Shown: positions 36,391-49,125 of the stretch, in pieces
How positions within the stretch are numbered: position 1 is the first letter of the stretch
How the letters are laid out: every line of letters starts with the position of its first letter
Source: Mobula birostris
Lineage: Eukaryota
Length of the DNA stretch: 64,000 bases
Direction: 5' to 3'
Assembly: GCF_030028105.1 (NCBI RefSeq)
Contig: NC_092375.1
Location: 44,057,130-44,121,129, forward strand
Made by a program: the position numbers and the translations under genes
The notes under the pieces: model-generated
The model's input: the letters and a program-made list of their open reading frames with translations, nothing else
What the model was told of the DNA's origin: nothing
The model's database searches: none

Positions 36391-37014
36391 TGAATTAGTT
36401 GAGGTGTTGCATGGTCAGAGTATGATTTCTCCAACTCCTGGTAAAGCCTTGCATCTGTTGTTTGACAGTTTGCCTTTAATAACAGTGTATCTTTTGGCAT
36501 TGTCAGTCTATGTAATGCGAATAGCAGTGGACATTGTGGGTGAGTGTTGTGTTTTTCAGTTGAAAAGCATGCATTTGACGCTGATTGCGGGATTGGTGTG
36601 TGATTCACGTTGTGCGCTGTGAATCGGATGCTCTGTTGGTTTGTTTGTTTGTGCTCTATGTAGCCCGGGTTGTCTCTGATGCTGTTGACACTGTCACAGT
36701 TCACTTCTATATTATATTTATCAAATGCTGTTGCTTGTGAATCAACAGAGGCATTTATAGCAGGCACATAATGCTTGAAACTGACTTTTGAACGCCACGC
36801 GTCTGGCCTTGCGAATACATATTACCATACAGTACATTCCTCAGCACCATCACTGAATAACTGAGCCCCACTGTAGCACCAGCAAGAAAGAATCTCTGGC
36901 GCCGCCACTGTACGGAAGCCTGAAGGCGCGCACACGCACCGATTCAGGAACAGCTTCTTCCCTGCCATCTGATTTCTAAGTGGACATTGACCTCATAAAC
37001 ACTTCTTCATTACA

Positions 37015-37700
37015 CACATGAGGCTGCTTAACAAGATAAAATGCTGTTGTGTTACAGAAAAGATACTGGCATGGGTAGAGGAATAGCTGGCAGGCAGGAG
37101 GCAGCGAGTGGGAATAAAAGAGGCCTTTTCTGAATGTCTACCAGTAAACAGTGGTGTTCCTCAGGGGTCAGTATAGGGACTGCTACTTTTCACATTGTTT
37201 GTTAATGATTTGGATAATGGAATTGATGATTTTGTGGCAAAGTTTTCTGATGATAGCTGGAGGAGTAGGTAGTGCTGAGGAAGCAATGCGATTGCAGCAG
37301 GACAGACAAATTGGAAGAATGGGCAAAATAGAGGCAGGTGGAATACAGTGTTGGGAAATGTATGAAAATGCATTTTGGTAAAAGGAACAATAGTGCGGAC
37401 TATCATCTAAATGGGGAGAAGGTTCAAACATCAAAGGTGCAAAGGGACTTAGGAGTCCTCTTGCAAGCACCCCGGAAGGTGAATTTATAGCTTGGCTCTG
37501 TGGTAAAGAAGGCAAATGCAATGTTAGCATTTATTTCAAGGGAAATAGAATATAAAAGCGAGGAGATAACACTGAGGATTTATGAGACACTAGTCAGGCA
37601 GCACATGGAGTATTGTCAACTGTTCTGGGCCCCATATCTCAGAAAGGAAGTTTTGTCATTGGAGAGAGTCCAGAGGAGGTTCACGAGGATGATTCTGGGA
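37015..37700 (+). mobile_element. CR1 RT fragment, decayed
   Basis: GVPQGS-like, VKKANAMLAFISR and LERVQRRFTRM motifs with frameshifts. Confidence 0.85.
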
Positions 37701-39053
37701 ATTTCTCCCTCCTATTCACCTCCCCACTCATCCACGTACACACACAGTCCTCTAATCCCATGATAAGTCATCTCTGCACTCCAGTGGACTCATGGATTCA
37801 TATGCACAATAGACCCAAGTTCATATTTTCCTTTATGTGAACCCCCTTCATTTATTACTTTATATTATATTTATAAGAACAGCATTTTTGGATAGAGGAC
37901 TAATTCCCTTTCAGTTCCCCAAGCTGGAAGCAAAGCCATAGGAATCAGTCAAAGCCAAAAGAAAGAATCTTTGTCCATTAATGGCTTCAACTTATTTTGG
38001 ACCTCTTATATAAGAAAGGATGTCCTTGCATGGTGAAGGAAGCGTCGGGACAGGAATCACCCAGCTCTGATGGTCATTTTATAATGTGTAAAATCGCTGC
38101 AGAATTTGTGGCGGTTTCACTTCAGTGCGTCACGTGTGGCAGACTGGCGGAAAGTATAATTTAAAAACTCTTCAATCATTCCAAACATTGGCCGTCTTGC
38201 ACTGACAACTGATGAAATAGGCAAACGAGAAGCTGGAATTTGTAAATAACCACTGAAAATATTTTCTGAAAAGCTAGCAGATGCACTTAAATAAAAAGGA
38301 AAAAATGTTGGCAACGTTCAGCAGGTCAGAGAGCATCCAGAGAAAAAAAAATAAGAGAAAAAATTTTTATCATTTCTGAGAGAAAGTGTGATTCAAGAGA
38401 CTCAGGGGTAATGATGTGCTGGAAGAACAAGGTGAATGAGCAGCATCTGTGGGAGGGAAGTTCGCATGGAGACGCTGCATCGGTACTGAGTTATCATTTC
38501 ATTTAGACATGAAACAGAAAAGCAGAAAATATGTCGCTGCCGGACTTGCTGAGAGGGGCATCTTAAGTTCTCATTTCAGCAAATGATCACCTGCTTTAAG
38601 AGATCGATCACTCAAGCGAGGTGAGGACTTGTCCGCTGTGAATGGTTGGTATCGAGAAATACCGGCTGAGTCTTAGAGTCACGGAACAATAGGGCCCGAA
38701 CGCAGCGCCGTCGGTTCAATCAGCCCACGCAGACCACGTTATCCATCTCTAGCCAGTTCCAATTTCCTGCATTCAGCCCATATTCCTCCAGGCCCCTTCC
38801 CTCAAGTGGTTCTTACATAATACTATTGCACATGAATTTTGCACTATTTAGAAATTTTATGTCTTATCACTGTACCGCTGCCACAAATTCTGCGACATAT
38901 TTCAATATTAATAAACCTGATTCTCATTCTGATACTGGTTCTTCCTCAACTACTTCTTCTGGCAGCTTGTTCCCTATACTCATCACCCTCTGCGTGGGAA
39001 AAGTTGTCCCTGGGATCCCTTTTAAATCTTCCCCCTCGTCCTAAATTTATGCC

Positions 39054-40444
39054 TGTCATAAGGGGGGCGCTGGGAGCGGACCCAAATGCAAGACACAGAC
39101 ACTGAAGTACTAGGAACCGGACTAGAGTTAGGGACGGGACTGGATGCAGACTAGGAGCTGGGACAAGAACACAGACTTGGGCTAGGACTTGACTAGGAAA
39201 GCGGGACCTGGACGAGGAACTAGGAACTTGGAAACTGGACAAGGGCTCCGAGCCAGAGACTGGACAAGGACGCGAAACCTGAGTCTTGACTCGGGTTCGG
39301 ACCCCGGATCCAAGCAAGGAGATGACGTGGCTACAGGACTGGACGACACACATGGACAGGACGAGAACACAAAGCCTGACTTGGACAGGACTTGGACTAG
39401 ACGAGGTTCTTGGACGTGGCCAGGACTAGACGAGGTTCTTGGACAGGACGAGAGACTCCAGCACAGGATGAAGGAACTCCAGCACCGGGCTGGGCGAGAA
39501 CACGAAACCTTGATTTGGTCGACGGAAAGACAGGAACGCAGAGCCTTGGTCGAGGGAGAGACAGGAACGCAGAGCCTTGGTCGAGGGAGAGTGGAACATG
39601 GAACACAGAGCCGGGACCCCTCCTTGGGAACAGGACGTAGGGCCAGGACTCATACACAGAATGCAGAACATGACGAGATGTTTCTCAACACTAGGTAGCC
39701 GCAAACGGCCAGACCTACCTAGCGAAGGTGTGGACACAGAGACAGTTCAAAACAACGATAGACAGTTCCTTATTTTGCTCTGGTGGTTGAATCTGACAGT
39801 GGTGCAGGCGAGGGTTACAGGTGAAGGAAGGCTTCAGGCGAGGTTTGGTAAGGCTTCAGGCAGGGCTTAGTCATAGTCATACTTTATTAATCCCAGGGGG
39901 AAATTGGTTTTCGTTACAGTTGCACCATAAATAATAAATAGTAATAGAACCATAAATAGTTAAATAGTAATATGTAAATTATGCCAGTAAATTATGAAAT
40001 AAGTCCGCAACCAGCCTATCGGCACAGGGTGTCTGACCCTCCAAGGGCGGAGTTGTAAAGTTTGATGGCCACAGGCAGGAATGACTTCCTATGACACTCT
40101 GTGCTGCATCTTGGAGGAATGAGTCTCTGGCTGAATGTACTCCTGTGCCCACCCAGTACATTATGTAGTGGATGGGAGACATTGACCAAGATGGCCTGCA
40201 ACTTAGACAGCATCCTCTTTTCAGAACCACCATGAGAGAGTCCACGGGAGGAAGGGGAGGGGAAGGGAACAGTCCAGCAAATGAAGCTGACCCCAGGAGC
40301 TATTTATGTAGCCAGCCCAAAATCAGATTCATATGCTTCAATTAAGGCACACAACAGGACCAGGGAAAACCGGAAAACCTGGAGTACAGATCGATGGACC
40401 GGACCATGAACCGGAATGTGGATTTTACGGACCGGACCGTGACA
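39054..40444 (-). mobile_element. Gypsy-type solo LTR interrupted by a Rex1 3' fragment (~39868-40245)
   Basis: TGTCA...TGACA termini inside a CR1 remnant; flanks atgcc/ttgtc are at best a degenerate TSD; reverse complement of 40699-42239. Confidence 0.7.
39868..40245 (-). mobile_element. Rex1/Babar-type LINE 3' fragment
   Basis: MLSKLQAILVNVSHPLHNVL...KSFLPVAIKLYNS; (gactat)n tail. Confidence 0.9.
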
Positions 40445-40698
40445 TTGTCCTCTGATTTGGGTTTCCCTTCCCAGGGAAAAGACTGCTTCCATTCCCCATT
40501 ATCCATGCCTCCCATAATTTAAAATGCTTCTATAAGATTGTCTACCATTCTCTTACACTCTAAGTAATAAGGATCCAGAGTGACCAGACTTTTTTCATAA
40601 CTCAGACCCTCTAGACCCAGCAATACCCTCATTTTTGTACTCTTTCCAATTTAACTGCAGTTTTTCTATAATAAAGTGACCTAAACTGTACACCAAAC

Positions 40699-42239
40699 TG
40701 TCATGGTCGGGTCTGTGAAGCCCACTTTCCAGTTCATGGTCCGGTCCATAGTTCCTTATTCCAGATTTTCTAGTTTTCCCTTGTCCTATTGTGTGCCTTA
40801 ATTGAGGCACATGATTCTCATTTTGGGCTGGCTACATACACAGCTCCTTGGTTCAGCTTCAGTTGCTGGATTGTTCCCTTCTCTTCCTTCTGAAGCCTCG
40901 CCTGCTACCTTCGCCAGTGTCCTTGCCTATAATGTTGTCAGGTTCAACCGCCAGGGCAAGATCGGGGCCTTGCTGTGTCTAGATATGGAACTGCCTTTTG
41001 TTGTTTGGAACTGTCTCTTTGTGTCCTCGCCTTCGTTAGGTAGGTCTGGCCATTTGCCACTACCTTGTGTTGGGAACCGTGTCTGTGTCCACGCCTTTGC
41101 TAGGTAGGTCTGGCCGTTTGCCGCTACCTTGAGTGGAGATCTGTCTCTCAGTATTCTGTGTATGAGTCCCAGCCCTATGTCCTGCTCCCTAGGAGGGGTT
41201 CTGACTCTGTGTAGAGCCCCGGCCCCAAGTCCTGTTCCCAAGGAGGTGTCCCAGCTCTGTGTTCCATGTTCCTGTTCCCCCTCGACCAAGGCTCTGCGTT
41301 CCTGTTCTCCCTCAACCAAGTCAAGGTTTCGTGTTCTCGTCCTGTCCATGTGCTTTGCCCAGCCCAGGAGTACCTCGCTCAGCCCGATGCTGGGGTTCCC
41401 TTGTCCTGTCCTGGAGTCTCATGTCCAGTCCTGTTGCCAGTACTCATCCTGTAGCCACATCTTGTCCTCACCTAGATCCAGGGTCTGAGCCCGAGTCAAG
41501 ACCCAGGTTCCGGGTCCCTGTCCAGTCTCTGGCTCTGAGTCCTTGTCCAGGTTCCAAGTTCCTTGTTCCTCATCCAGGTCCCGCTTCCCTAGTCATTCGC
41601 TGCTGTCGTTACTGTACGGTCAGGAATCTTCCGGAGGGAAGGCCTCAAAATCCCCGGCCTTGCCTGCTGTTGGCGACCGAGTTTGAGGTTGAATCGTTTG
41701 GACAGAGATGGCGCTCAGTACTCGGTGTCAGAGAGCTGATTCGGAGGCTCGAAGTTTTCGGATGACTCAGAGACGGATTGTGGTCAGGCATGGCAGGAAG
41801 AGTTTTTCTTCCTTCTCCCGTCTGCGTGAGATGTGGGACATTTGAGAGACTTTGAACTTTTTACTGTGCTCATGGACTTCTTCATCAAGTTATGGTATTG
41901 TTGCACTGTTGTAACTATATGTTATAATTATGTGGTTTTGTTAGTTTTTTCAGTCTTGGTCTGTCCTGTGTTTTGTGATATCACACCGGAGGAAATATTG
42001 TATCATTTCTTAATGCATGCATTACTAAATGATAATAAAAGAGGACTGCATGTCTTCATAATCATATCATCATAGTCCTAGCCCAGGCCCTGTATCCTGG
42101 CCTCGTGCAGAGCCTGTGACTTGTCCAGCGCCGTTTCTTCCCCACTTCCCTTGCTTGCTTGACTCACCTAGTCCTGTTCCTAGTACTTCAGTGTCTGTGT
42201 CTTGCACTTGTGTCCGCCATTAACGCCACCCTTGTGACA
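40699..42239 (+). mobile_element. Gypsy-type solo LTR with a nested LINE-like 3' fragment (~41630-42075)
   Basis: TGTCA...TGACA termini; exact 5-bp TSD CAAAC (40694-40698, 42240-42244); nested piece ends in AATAAAA and a (cat)n tail. Confidence 0.8.
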
Positions 42240-42244
42240 CAAAC

Positions 42245-43035
42245 TCCAAATACAGCCTCTCGAACAACTTATACAACAACACTATATCCCAATACCAACC
42301 CAGGAGACAAGGAGGCATACAAGAGTGAAATAGATCTGTTGATTGAGTGGTGTCATAACAACAACTTTGCACTCAACAGCAGCAAGTGTGAGTATTTGTC
42401 TGTGGATTTCAGAAAGGGAAAGTCAGGACATCTACCCCACTCCTCATTGTCAGCTCAGTGGTAGAAAGGGTGAGCAACTTCAAGTTCTTGGGCATCAATG
42501 TCTCAGTAAGTCTATCCTGAGCCCAACACAATGATGCAATCACAAAGAAGGGACATCAACAGCTCCAGGAGATTTGGTATGTCACCAAGGTCACCTGTAA
42601 ATCCCTACCATGGAGAACGTTCTGACTGGTTGCATCACAGCCTGGTCCAGAGCTTTCAATGTGCAGAATTGCATGAGGCTGCAGAGGTTTGGAGATTCAG
42701 CCATTTCCATCACAGGCACAATACTTCCCACCATCGTGGACACCTTCAAGTGGCAGCAGCTCAAGAAGCCGGCATCCATCTGGAACATGCCCTCTTTGCA
42801 TTACCACCTTCAGAGGAGCCTGAAGACCTACACTCGACACTTTAAGAAGAGCTTCTTCACTCTGCCATCAGATTTCTGCACAGTTTGCAAATACATGAAC
42901 ACTACCTCATTATTTGCCTTTTGCACTATTTGTTTATTTTGTAATTTGTAGTAACTTTTATGTCCTGTATTGCACTGCCACAAAACATCAGATTTCATGA
43001 CCTAGGTTAGTGAAAATAAACCTCATTTTGATTCT
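42245..43035 (+). mobile_element. Rex1/Babar-like LINE 3' part, decayed
   Basis: AYKSEID.LIEWCHNNN.ALN, VDFRKG, NVLTGCITAW, TRHFKKSFF; polyA-signal/tail near 43015. Confidence 0.75.
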
Positions 43036-43539
43036 ATACATACTTGCCCTGACTGATGAATGGCAGCATGCTAAAGACCTTTTTCACCATCCTGTCTACC
43101 TGTGTTGCAGATTTTAATAAACGAATCACTTGCACTTCTTACCACCACTAACCCCATAATTCCTCTACACTCTCTATTGCCCTACCATTCATAGTATAGG
43201 TCCTAAACTGATATGACTTTCCAAAATGCATCACCTCGTACTTATCTGTATTGAAATGAATTTGCTATTCCTTGGCCCACTTCCCTAACTGATCAAGATC
43301 CACTGTAATCGATGATAACCTCCTTCACTAACAACACCACCTCCCTTATTTTGTGTCATCCACAAACTTGCTGATCAAGCCTTGTGCATTAACATCCTTC
43401 TATAAATAATGAATAACGAAGGTCCAGTATGAGTGTCCCTGTGACTGCTCCTGCCCCTGTGGCACATTGGTAGTCACTGGCCACCATTCTGAGAAACAAC
43501 CTTCAACCACCACCCTTCTGCTTCCTACCCACAAAACAA

Positions 43540-44120
43540 CCTACCTATAAGACCTTGGTCAGTCCACACTTGGAGTACTGTGTTCATTTCTGGTCACCTC
43601 ACTACAGGAAGCATGTGGATACTATAGTAAGTGTGCAGAGGAGATTTACGAGGATGTTGCCTGGATTGGAGGGCGTACCTTATGAGGATAGGTTGAGTGA
43701 ACTTGGCCTTTCCTCCTTGGAGCAATGGAAGATGAGAGGTGTCCTGATAGAGATAGTGTATAAGATGATGAGGGGCATTGATCGTGTGGATAGCCAGAGG
43801 CTTTTTTCCCAGGGCTGAAATGACTAACAAGAGGAGCATAGTTTTAATGTGCTTGGAAATAGGTACTGAGGGGATGCCAGGGGGACGTTTTTCACACAGA
43901 GAGTGGTGGGTGCATGGAATGCACTGCAGGCGGTGGTGATGAAAGCGGATACAATAGGGTTTTTTAAGAGCCTCTTAGATAGGTACATGGAGCTTAGAAA
44001 TATAGAGGGCTATGCCCTAGGGAAATTCTAAGCAGTTTCTAGAGTAGGTTACATGGTCGGCACAACAGTTTGGTCCGAAGGGCCTGTAATGTGCTGTAGA
44101 TTTCTATGTCCTATGTTCTA
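43540..44120 (+). mobile_element. CR1 3' end
   Basis: PHLEYCVHFWSPHYRK...VQRRFTRMLPGLE; tail ttctatgtcctatgttcta. Confidence 0.88.
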
Positions 44121-44124
44121 AATA

Positions 44125-45070
44125 GCTCTCCCTGGATTCCAGGAGAATTAACCCTGCAGACCAGGCCACCATGTGGGACCTTGTTGAAGGCCTTGCTAAA
44201 GCCCAGATAGACAATATCCACTGCTTTGCCTTCATCTACCCTTTTGGCTACCTCTTCAAAGAGCTCTAAAAGATTCAACTAGCACAACCTCCCATGTTCA
44301 AAGCTATTCTAACTCCTCCGAATCAGCCTCTGTCTACCCAAATGCTGATAGATTCTGTCACTCAGAATTCCCTCCATCTACTCCCCCAATACTGATAACT
44401 GGCTGATTGGCCTGTAGTTCCCTGGCCTGTCCTTTCCACCCTTCTTGAACAATGGAACATTAGCCACCCTCCAGTCTTCTGGAACATCACCAATGACTAA
44501 CAATGAAACAAATATCTTTGCAAGGGCCTCTGCAATTTTCTCTCTATCCTCTTACAAAGTCCAAGGACATACTCAGTCAGGCCCTGGGGACTTATTCACC
44601 TTAATGTGCTGTAAGGCTGCAAATACATCCTTCCTGGCATTACGAACTTTTTCCAAAACATCTCCACTTTTTTCCCCTTCTCTTGAGCAAGCACTGTGGA
44701 GAACTATTCACTTATCTATCCCACCTGTTTCCTGTGGCTTGAGACATTTACGGCCCTGCTGGTATCTAAGAGGACCTACTCTCTCTAGACACCTTTTTAT
44801 TCTTTATGTAGTTGGACATCCTCTGAGAATTGTGCTTAATCTTAAGTGCCAAATCCATCTCTTATATTCTCTTTGCCCTCCTGATTTCCATCGTTACTGT
44901 ATTCTTAATCTTTTTATGGCCATCGAGAGACTTACATCTCCTCGACTTCTTAAAAGCATTGTTCACTTTCTTCTTCATCTTAACAAGTGCAACTGGGGCA
45001 TTTTATGCCCCGCTGGTGCTAGATGCTTTGTTTTCATATTACTGAGATGTTTGTGTGTTAAAAAGAACTA
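44125..45070 (-). mobile_element. CR1 fragment, decayed
   Basis: Reverse complement resembles the CR1 RT N-terminal region (KSPGPD...EIAEALAKIF...YRPISQL). Confidence 0.65.
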
Positions 45071-46384
45071 CTTTGGCCTTTAGTACAATGTATGATTTCA
45101 TCTGTGGGAATGGTTGATTTCATAGACGGTAGAGTGAAGGAGTTCAAAATAAAACAGAGAATATTCAGTAGGTTAAGTAGCATTTGTGGGAAGGGAAACA
45201 GAGGTAACATTTCTGGTTGAAGAGTTTTAGTCAGGACTGGGAAGGAGACCAAAGACACTCGTAAAGAGGTAGGGTGGAGGATGGGAAGAAAGGGGAATGC
45301 TTCTGATAGGATAAAATGAGGGTAACCATGGAGTTAGGCTAACAATCAAAGTTATCTGGTCAGTGATTAAATGGGAGCAGTAAGAGGGTGATAATATAGA
45401 CAAAGAATGGGGGAGACTGGTCATGTCCACCACTTCCAAAGAAAAGAAATAGGGAAGGAGGAAATCTGTGCTAATATTACAGATGGGCAACTGACACAGA
45501 CCAAGAAATCACATTACATAAGGCTATAACATTCAGAATGGAATCCAAAAGATTGCAACATGCCCACACAGATTGGGTTCTTCTCTTCATGTTTGATATT
45601 TTACCTGACCATTATGTCATTGCATAGTATGCTCATTTTTCTGTGAAAGGTTTCATTTTCAGATTATTCATTGTCATACACACCGGAGTGCAATAAAACT
45701 CCTTGTCCATGTGAAGATCACAGAGTAAACAGTGCACATGGTAACAATAATAAATATAACAACAGGTGCAAACCAAAGGAACGGTGCAAAGTATAGTAGT
45801 GCAAACTGAAGTTGTCCAAGAAGAAATGCTGAATACAATAATGGAAGAGGTAGATGGACAAGGAGTTCCTAGCCAACCCAGTTACCATTTATTCCATTGT
45901 TTAAGCTTTAATATACACCATTGCAGAAAAATACATTAGGCATCCTATGAAGATTCAGCATTAGATGTGGCATGAAGTGCAGGGTTGTTGAGAAGTGAAG
46001 GTGGCGCCAGCAAACAATATGACCAAAGCCAACGTCTTTCAGACAGTCCACAAAACTACTTCTTTCACTTTTTTTTCCTCTCAAATGTGGTTCGGCTACT
46101 GTTGGACCCTGTGATCTACATTGCAGTGGTGTGTTTTCGGGCCAAGTCCGCAATCTGGTGCTTTGCTGTCTCCAAGGGGGTTCCATGAGGTTTCATGCAA
46201 ACTGTGCGGTCTGAAGGCCAAAAGTCCTGGAGACAGGGTGTGAGCCCACGATTCACACTGCTTCTCACCAATCTCATCGAGGAAAAATGAAATTATCGAG
46301 GCGAGAGTGGAAAGTGAGCAGGTTCAGCTCCATCTACCAGCCTCTTGCTTGGTGCTGCCAGAGCAAGGTGTCTGCATGTGACAA

Positions 46385-46975
46385 TTCTCTCTCTCACCCT
46401 CTCATCCGCTGCTCCCAGAGGGAGGTCCTGGCATTCAAATGGTCTCTCTCTCACCCTCTCATCCGCTGCTCCCAGAGGGAGGTCCCTGCATTCGAATGGT
46501 CTCTCTCTCACCCTCTCATCCGCTGCTCCCAGAGGGAGGTCCCTGCATTTGAATGGTCTCTCTCTCTCACCCTCTCATCTGCTGCTCCCAGAGGGAGGTC
46601 CTGGCATTCAAATGGTCTCTCTCTCACCCTCTCATCCGCTGCTCCCAGAGGGAGGTCCCTGCATTCGAATGGTCTCTCTCTCACCCTCTCATCCGCTGCT
46701 CCCAGAGGGAGGTCCCTGCATTCGAATGGTCTCTCTCTCTCACCCTCTCATCTGCTGCTCCCAGAGGGAGGTCCTGGCATTCGAATGGTCTCGCTCTCAC
46801 CCTCTCATCCGCTGCTCCCAGAGGGAGGTCCCTGCATTCGAATGGTCTCTCTCTCACCCTCTCATCCGTTGCTCCCAGAGGGAGGTCCCTGCATTCGAAT
46901 GGTCTTGCTCTCACCCTCTCATCCGCTGCTCCCAGAGGGAGGTCCCTGCATTCGAATGGTGTCGCTCTCCCTCTC
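46385..46975. repeat. 57-59-bp minisatellite, 10 copies
   Basis: Unit ctctctctcaccctctcatccgctgctcccagagggaggtccctgcattcgaatggt; terminal ggt at 46441, 46498, 46555, 46614, 46671, 46728, 46787, 46844, 46901, 46958. It sits inside a repeat ending in a (ttgaatc)n tail at ~47430. Confidence 0.95.
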
Positions 46976-47509
46976 CCTCAAAGCTGCTGGGAGATGGTGC
47001 TGGCATCCTGGTCTTGGGCAAGGTTTAACTGATGCGTTTTGTGAATTGGACTCTGTAGATCACGTTACGATGTGTTCCTGGTTTCTGGTCGCACTTTTTT
47101 TGTTGCTATTTTGATTGGAGTGGACCAGCTCTGCAACCTGAAGTTAACGGGCAACACAGAGCTGGATTGAACTGAACTGAGCTGAACTGAATATGTCTGG
47201 ACTGGTTGGATGATTTGTAGTTTGGTGTTTTATATTCTGTGTTTTCACTTGTTTTCTTTTTTGCTGTTTGTTTGATGTGTTCTTTTTTTTGCATGTTGGG
47301 AGTTTGATGTTTTTCTTTGTGTGGATCCATGGTTATTCTTTGTTTTGTGGTTACCTGTAGGAAGACAAATCTCAGGGTTGTATATTGCACACATTCTTTG
47401 ATAATAAATGTACCTTGAATCTTGAATCTTTGAATTTATGGTTGGAAGTCTGTCAAAGAATCATACGATGCAGAGTTGTGCACTCACACGCCATGTGTTG
47501 TGGTGCAAG

Positions 47510-47780
47510 ATCAGCAGTGGTGCAGATAATAGAGCTGTTGCCTTACAATTTAACTAACTAGGTTTATTCCTGACTTCAAGTACTGCCTACATGGAGGTTG
47601 CGTGTTCTCCCCGTGACTGTGCATGTTTACTCTGGATTTCTCCCATATCCCAGACGTGTTGCTGGTTAGGTTAAATGACTTCTGTGTACCTGCTCCTGGT
47701 GTACAGGTGAGTTGTAGAATCTCAGGAGAGTTAACAGGAATGTGAGCACGATAAAACTTTGCATAAACACAGAAATAGTG
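47510..47780 (+). mobile_element. HE1-like SINE
   Basis: tRNA-like head (cagcagtggtgcag...), atggaggttgcgtgttctccccgtgactg core, ggttaggttaaatg. Confidence 0.65.
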
Positions 47781-47841
47781 TAAATGGGTGTTTGGTGCGC
47801 AGGGGATTCAGGCATGGCGAAGACACTATGATACAGATATA

Positions 47842-49125
47842 TACTCAGTGGTCACTTTATTGGTACAGGAGGTGCCTACTAAAGTGGCCACTGATTGAAT
47901 GTCCATGGTCTTCTGTTGCTATAGCCCATCCACTTCGAAGTTTGACTTGCTGTGTGTTCAGAAATGCTCTTCTGCACACCACTTTTGAGTTATTTGAGTT
48001 ACTGTCACCTTCCCATCAATTTGAACCAATCTGGCCATTCTCCTCTGACCTCCATCACTAGCAAGGCATTTTTGCCCACAGATCTCCCTTCACTGGATGT
48101 TTTTTTTAAAAAAATATTTGTTTCTTTTTTGCACCATTCTCTGTAAACTTTGAACTCTTAAACTCTAAGAGCCTGTGTATAGAAACATAGAAAATAGGTG
48201 CAGGAGTAGGCCATTCGGCCCTTCGAGCCTGCACCGCCATTTATTATGATCATGGCTGATCATCCAACTCAGAACCCCGCCCCAGCCTTCCCTCCATACC
48301 CTCTGATCCCCGTAGCCACAAGGGCCATATCTAACTCCCTCTTAAATATAGCCAATGAACTGGCCTCAACTGTTTCCTGTGGCAGACAATTCCACAGATT
48401 CACCACTCTCTGTGTGAAGAAGTTTTCCCTAATCTCGGTCCTAAAAGGCTTCCCCTTTATCCTCAAACTGTGACCCCTTGTTCTGGACTTCCCCAACATC
48501 GGGAACAATCTTCCTGCATCTAGCCTGTCCAATCCCTTTAGGATTTTATACGTTTCAATCAGATCCCCCCTCAATCTTCTAAATTCCAATGAGTACAAGC
48601 CCAGTTCATCCAGTCTTTCTTCATATGAAAGTCCTGCCATCCCAGGAATCAATCTGGTGAACCTTCTTTGTACTCCCTCTATGGCAAGGATGTCTTTCCT
48701 CAGATTAGGGGACCAAAACTGCACACAATACTCCAGGTGTGGTCTCACCAAGGCCTTGTACAACTGCAGTAGTACCTCCCTGCTCCTGTACTCGAATCCT
48801 CTCACTATAAATGCCAGCATACCATTCGCCTTTTTCACCGCCTGCTGTACCTGCATGCCCACTTTCAATGACTGGTGTATAATGATGTGCATGAAAATCC
48901 CAGGAGATCAGCAGTTTCTGAGATGTTCAAAGTATCTCACCTGGCATGAACAATCATTCTATGGACAAAATCACTTAGATCATATTAATTCCCCATTCTG
49001 ATGTTGGTCTGAGCAACAACTGAACACCTTGACCTTGTCTGCATGCTTTTATGCACTGAGTGGCTGCCACAATTGACATTAATGAGCAGGTGTACTGGTG
49101 TACCTAACAAACTGGCCACTGAGAG
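47842..49125 (-). mobile_element. Tc1-like element with nested CR1 (~48180-48886, minus strand)
   Basis: TA-flanked TIRs tactcagtggtcactttattgg / cctaacaaactggccactgagag. The nested ORF 48269-48892 is an uninterrupted CR1 RT C-terminus. Confidence 0.85.

Larger units (their letters stand above)
32203..36910 (+). mobile_element. hAT DNA transposon, internally deleted, with nested LINE insertions
   Basis: Imperfect TIRs CAGGGGCGGCAC / CAGTGGCGGCGC; exact 8-bp TSD TACGGAAG (32195-32202, 36911-36918); TTF-type Zn finger (FCFACRHY...FTVTGY...HKFAM); C-terminal dimerisation domain (LTLPVTSASCKRSFSCLR, 33382-33675); catalytic core missing. Confidence 0.9.
31820..37010 (+). mobile_element. Decayed Rex1/Babar-like 3' end split by the hAT insertion
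   Basis: ...gggaaggaggtacggaag (to 32202) resumes as cctgaaggcgcgcacacgcaccgattcaggaacagcttc after 36918. Confidence 0.7.

Noticed and set aside
38117-38314. Minus ORF after a strong acceptor, and a nearby TGCGTCA/ATTGG pair resembling an MHC X2-Y module
   Set aside because: No recognisable protein or partner exon; the motif spacing (~50 bp) is far larger than the ~20 bp of an SXY module.
39189-41765. ORFs of 100-170 aa in both orientations
   Set aside because: Low-complexity internal repeats of the two solo LTRs; no gag/pol motifs.
46287-47114. Long ORFs (275, 227, 159 aa) and a CRISPR-like look of the 57-bp array
   Set aside because: The ORFs are the stop-free minisatellite read in several frames. 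The units are contiguous with no unique spacers and the DNA is eukaryotic, so it is not a CRISPR array.
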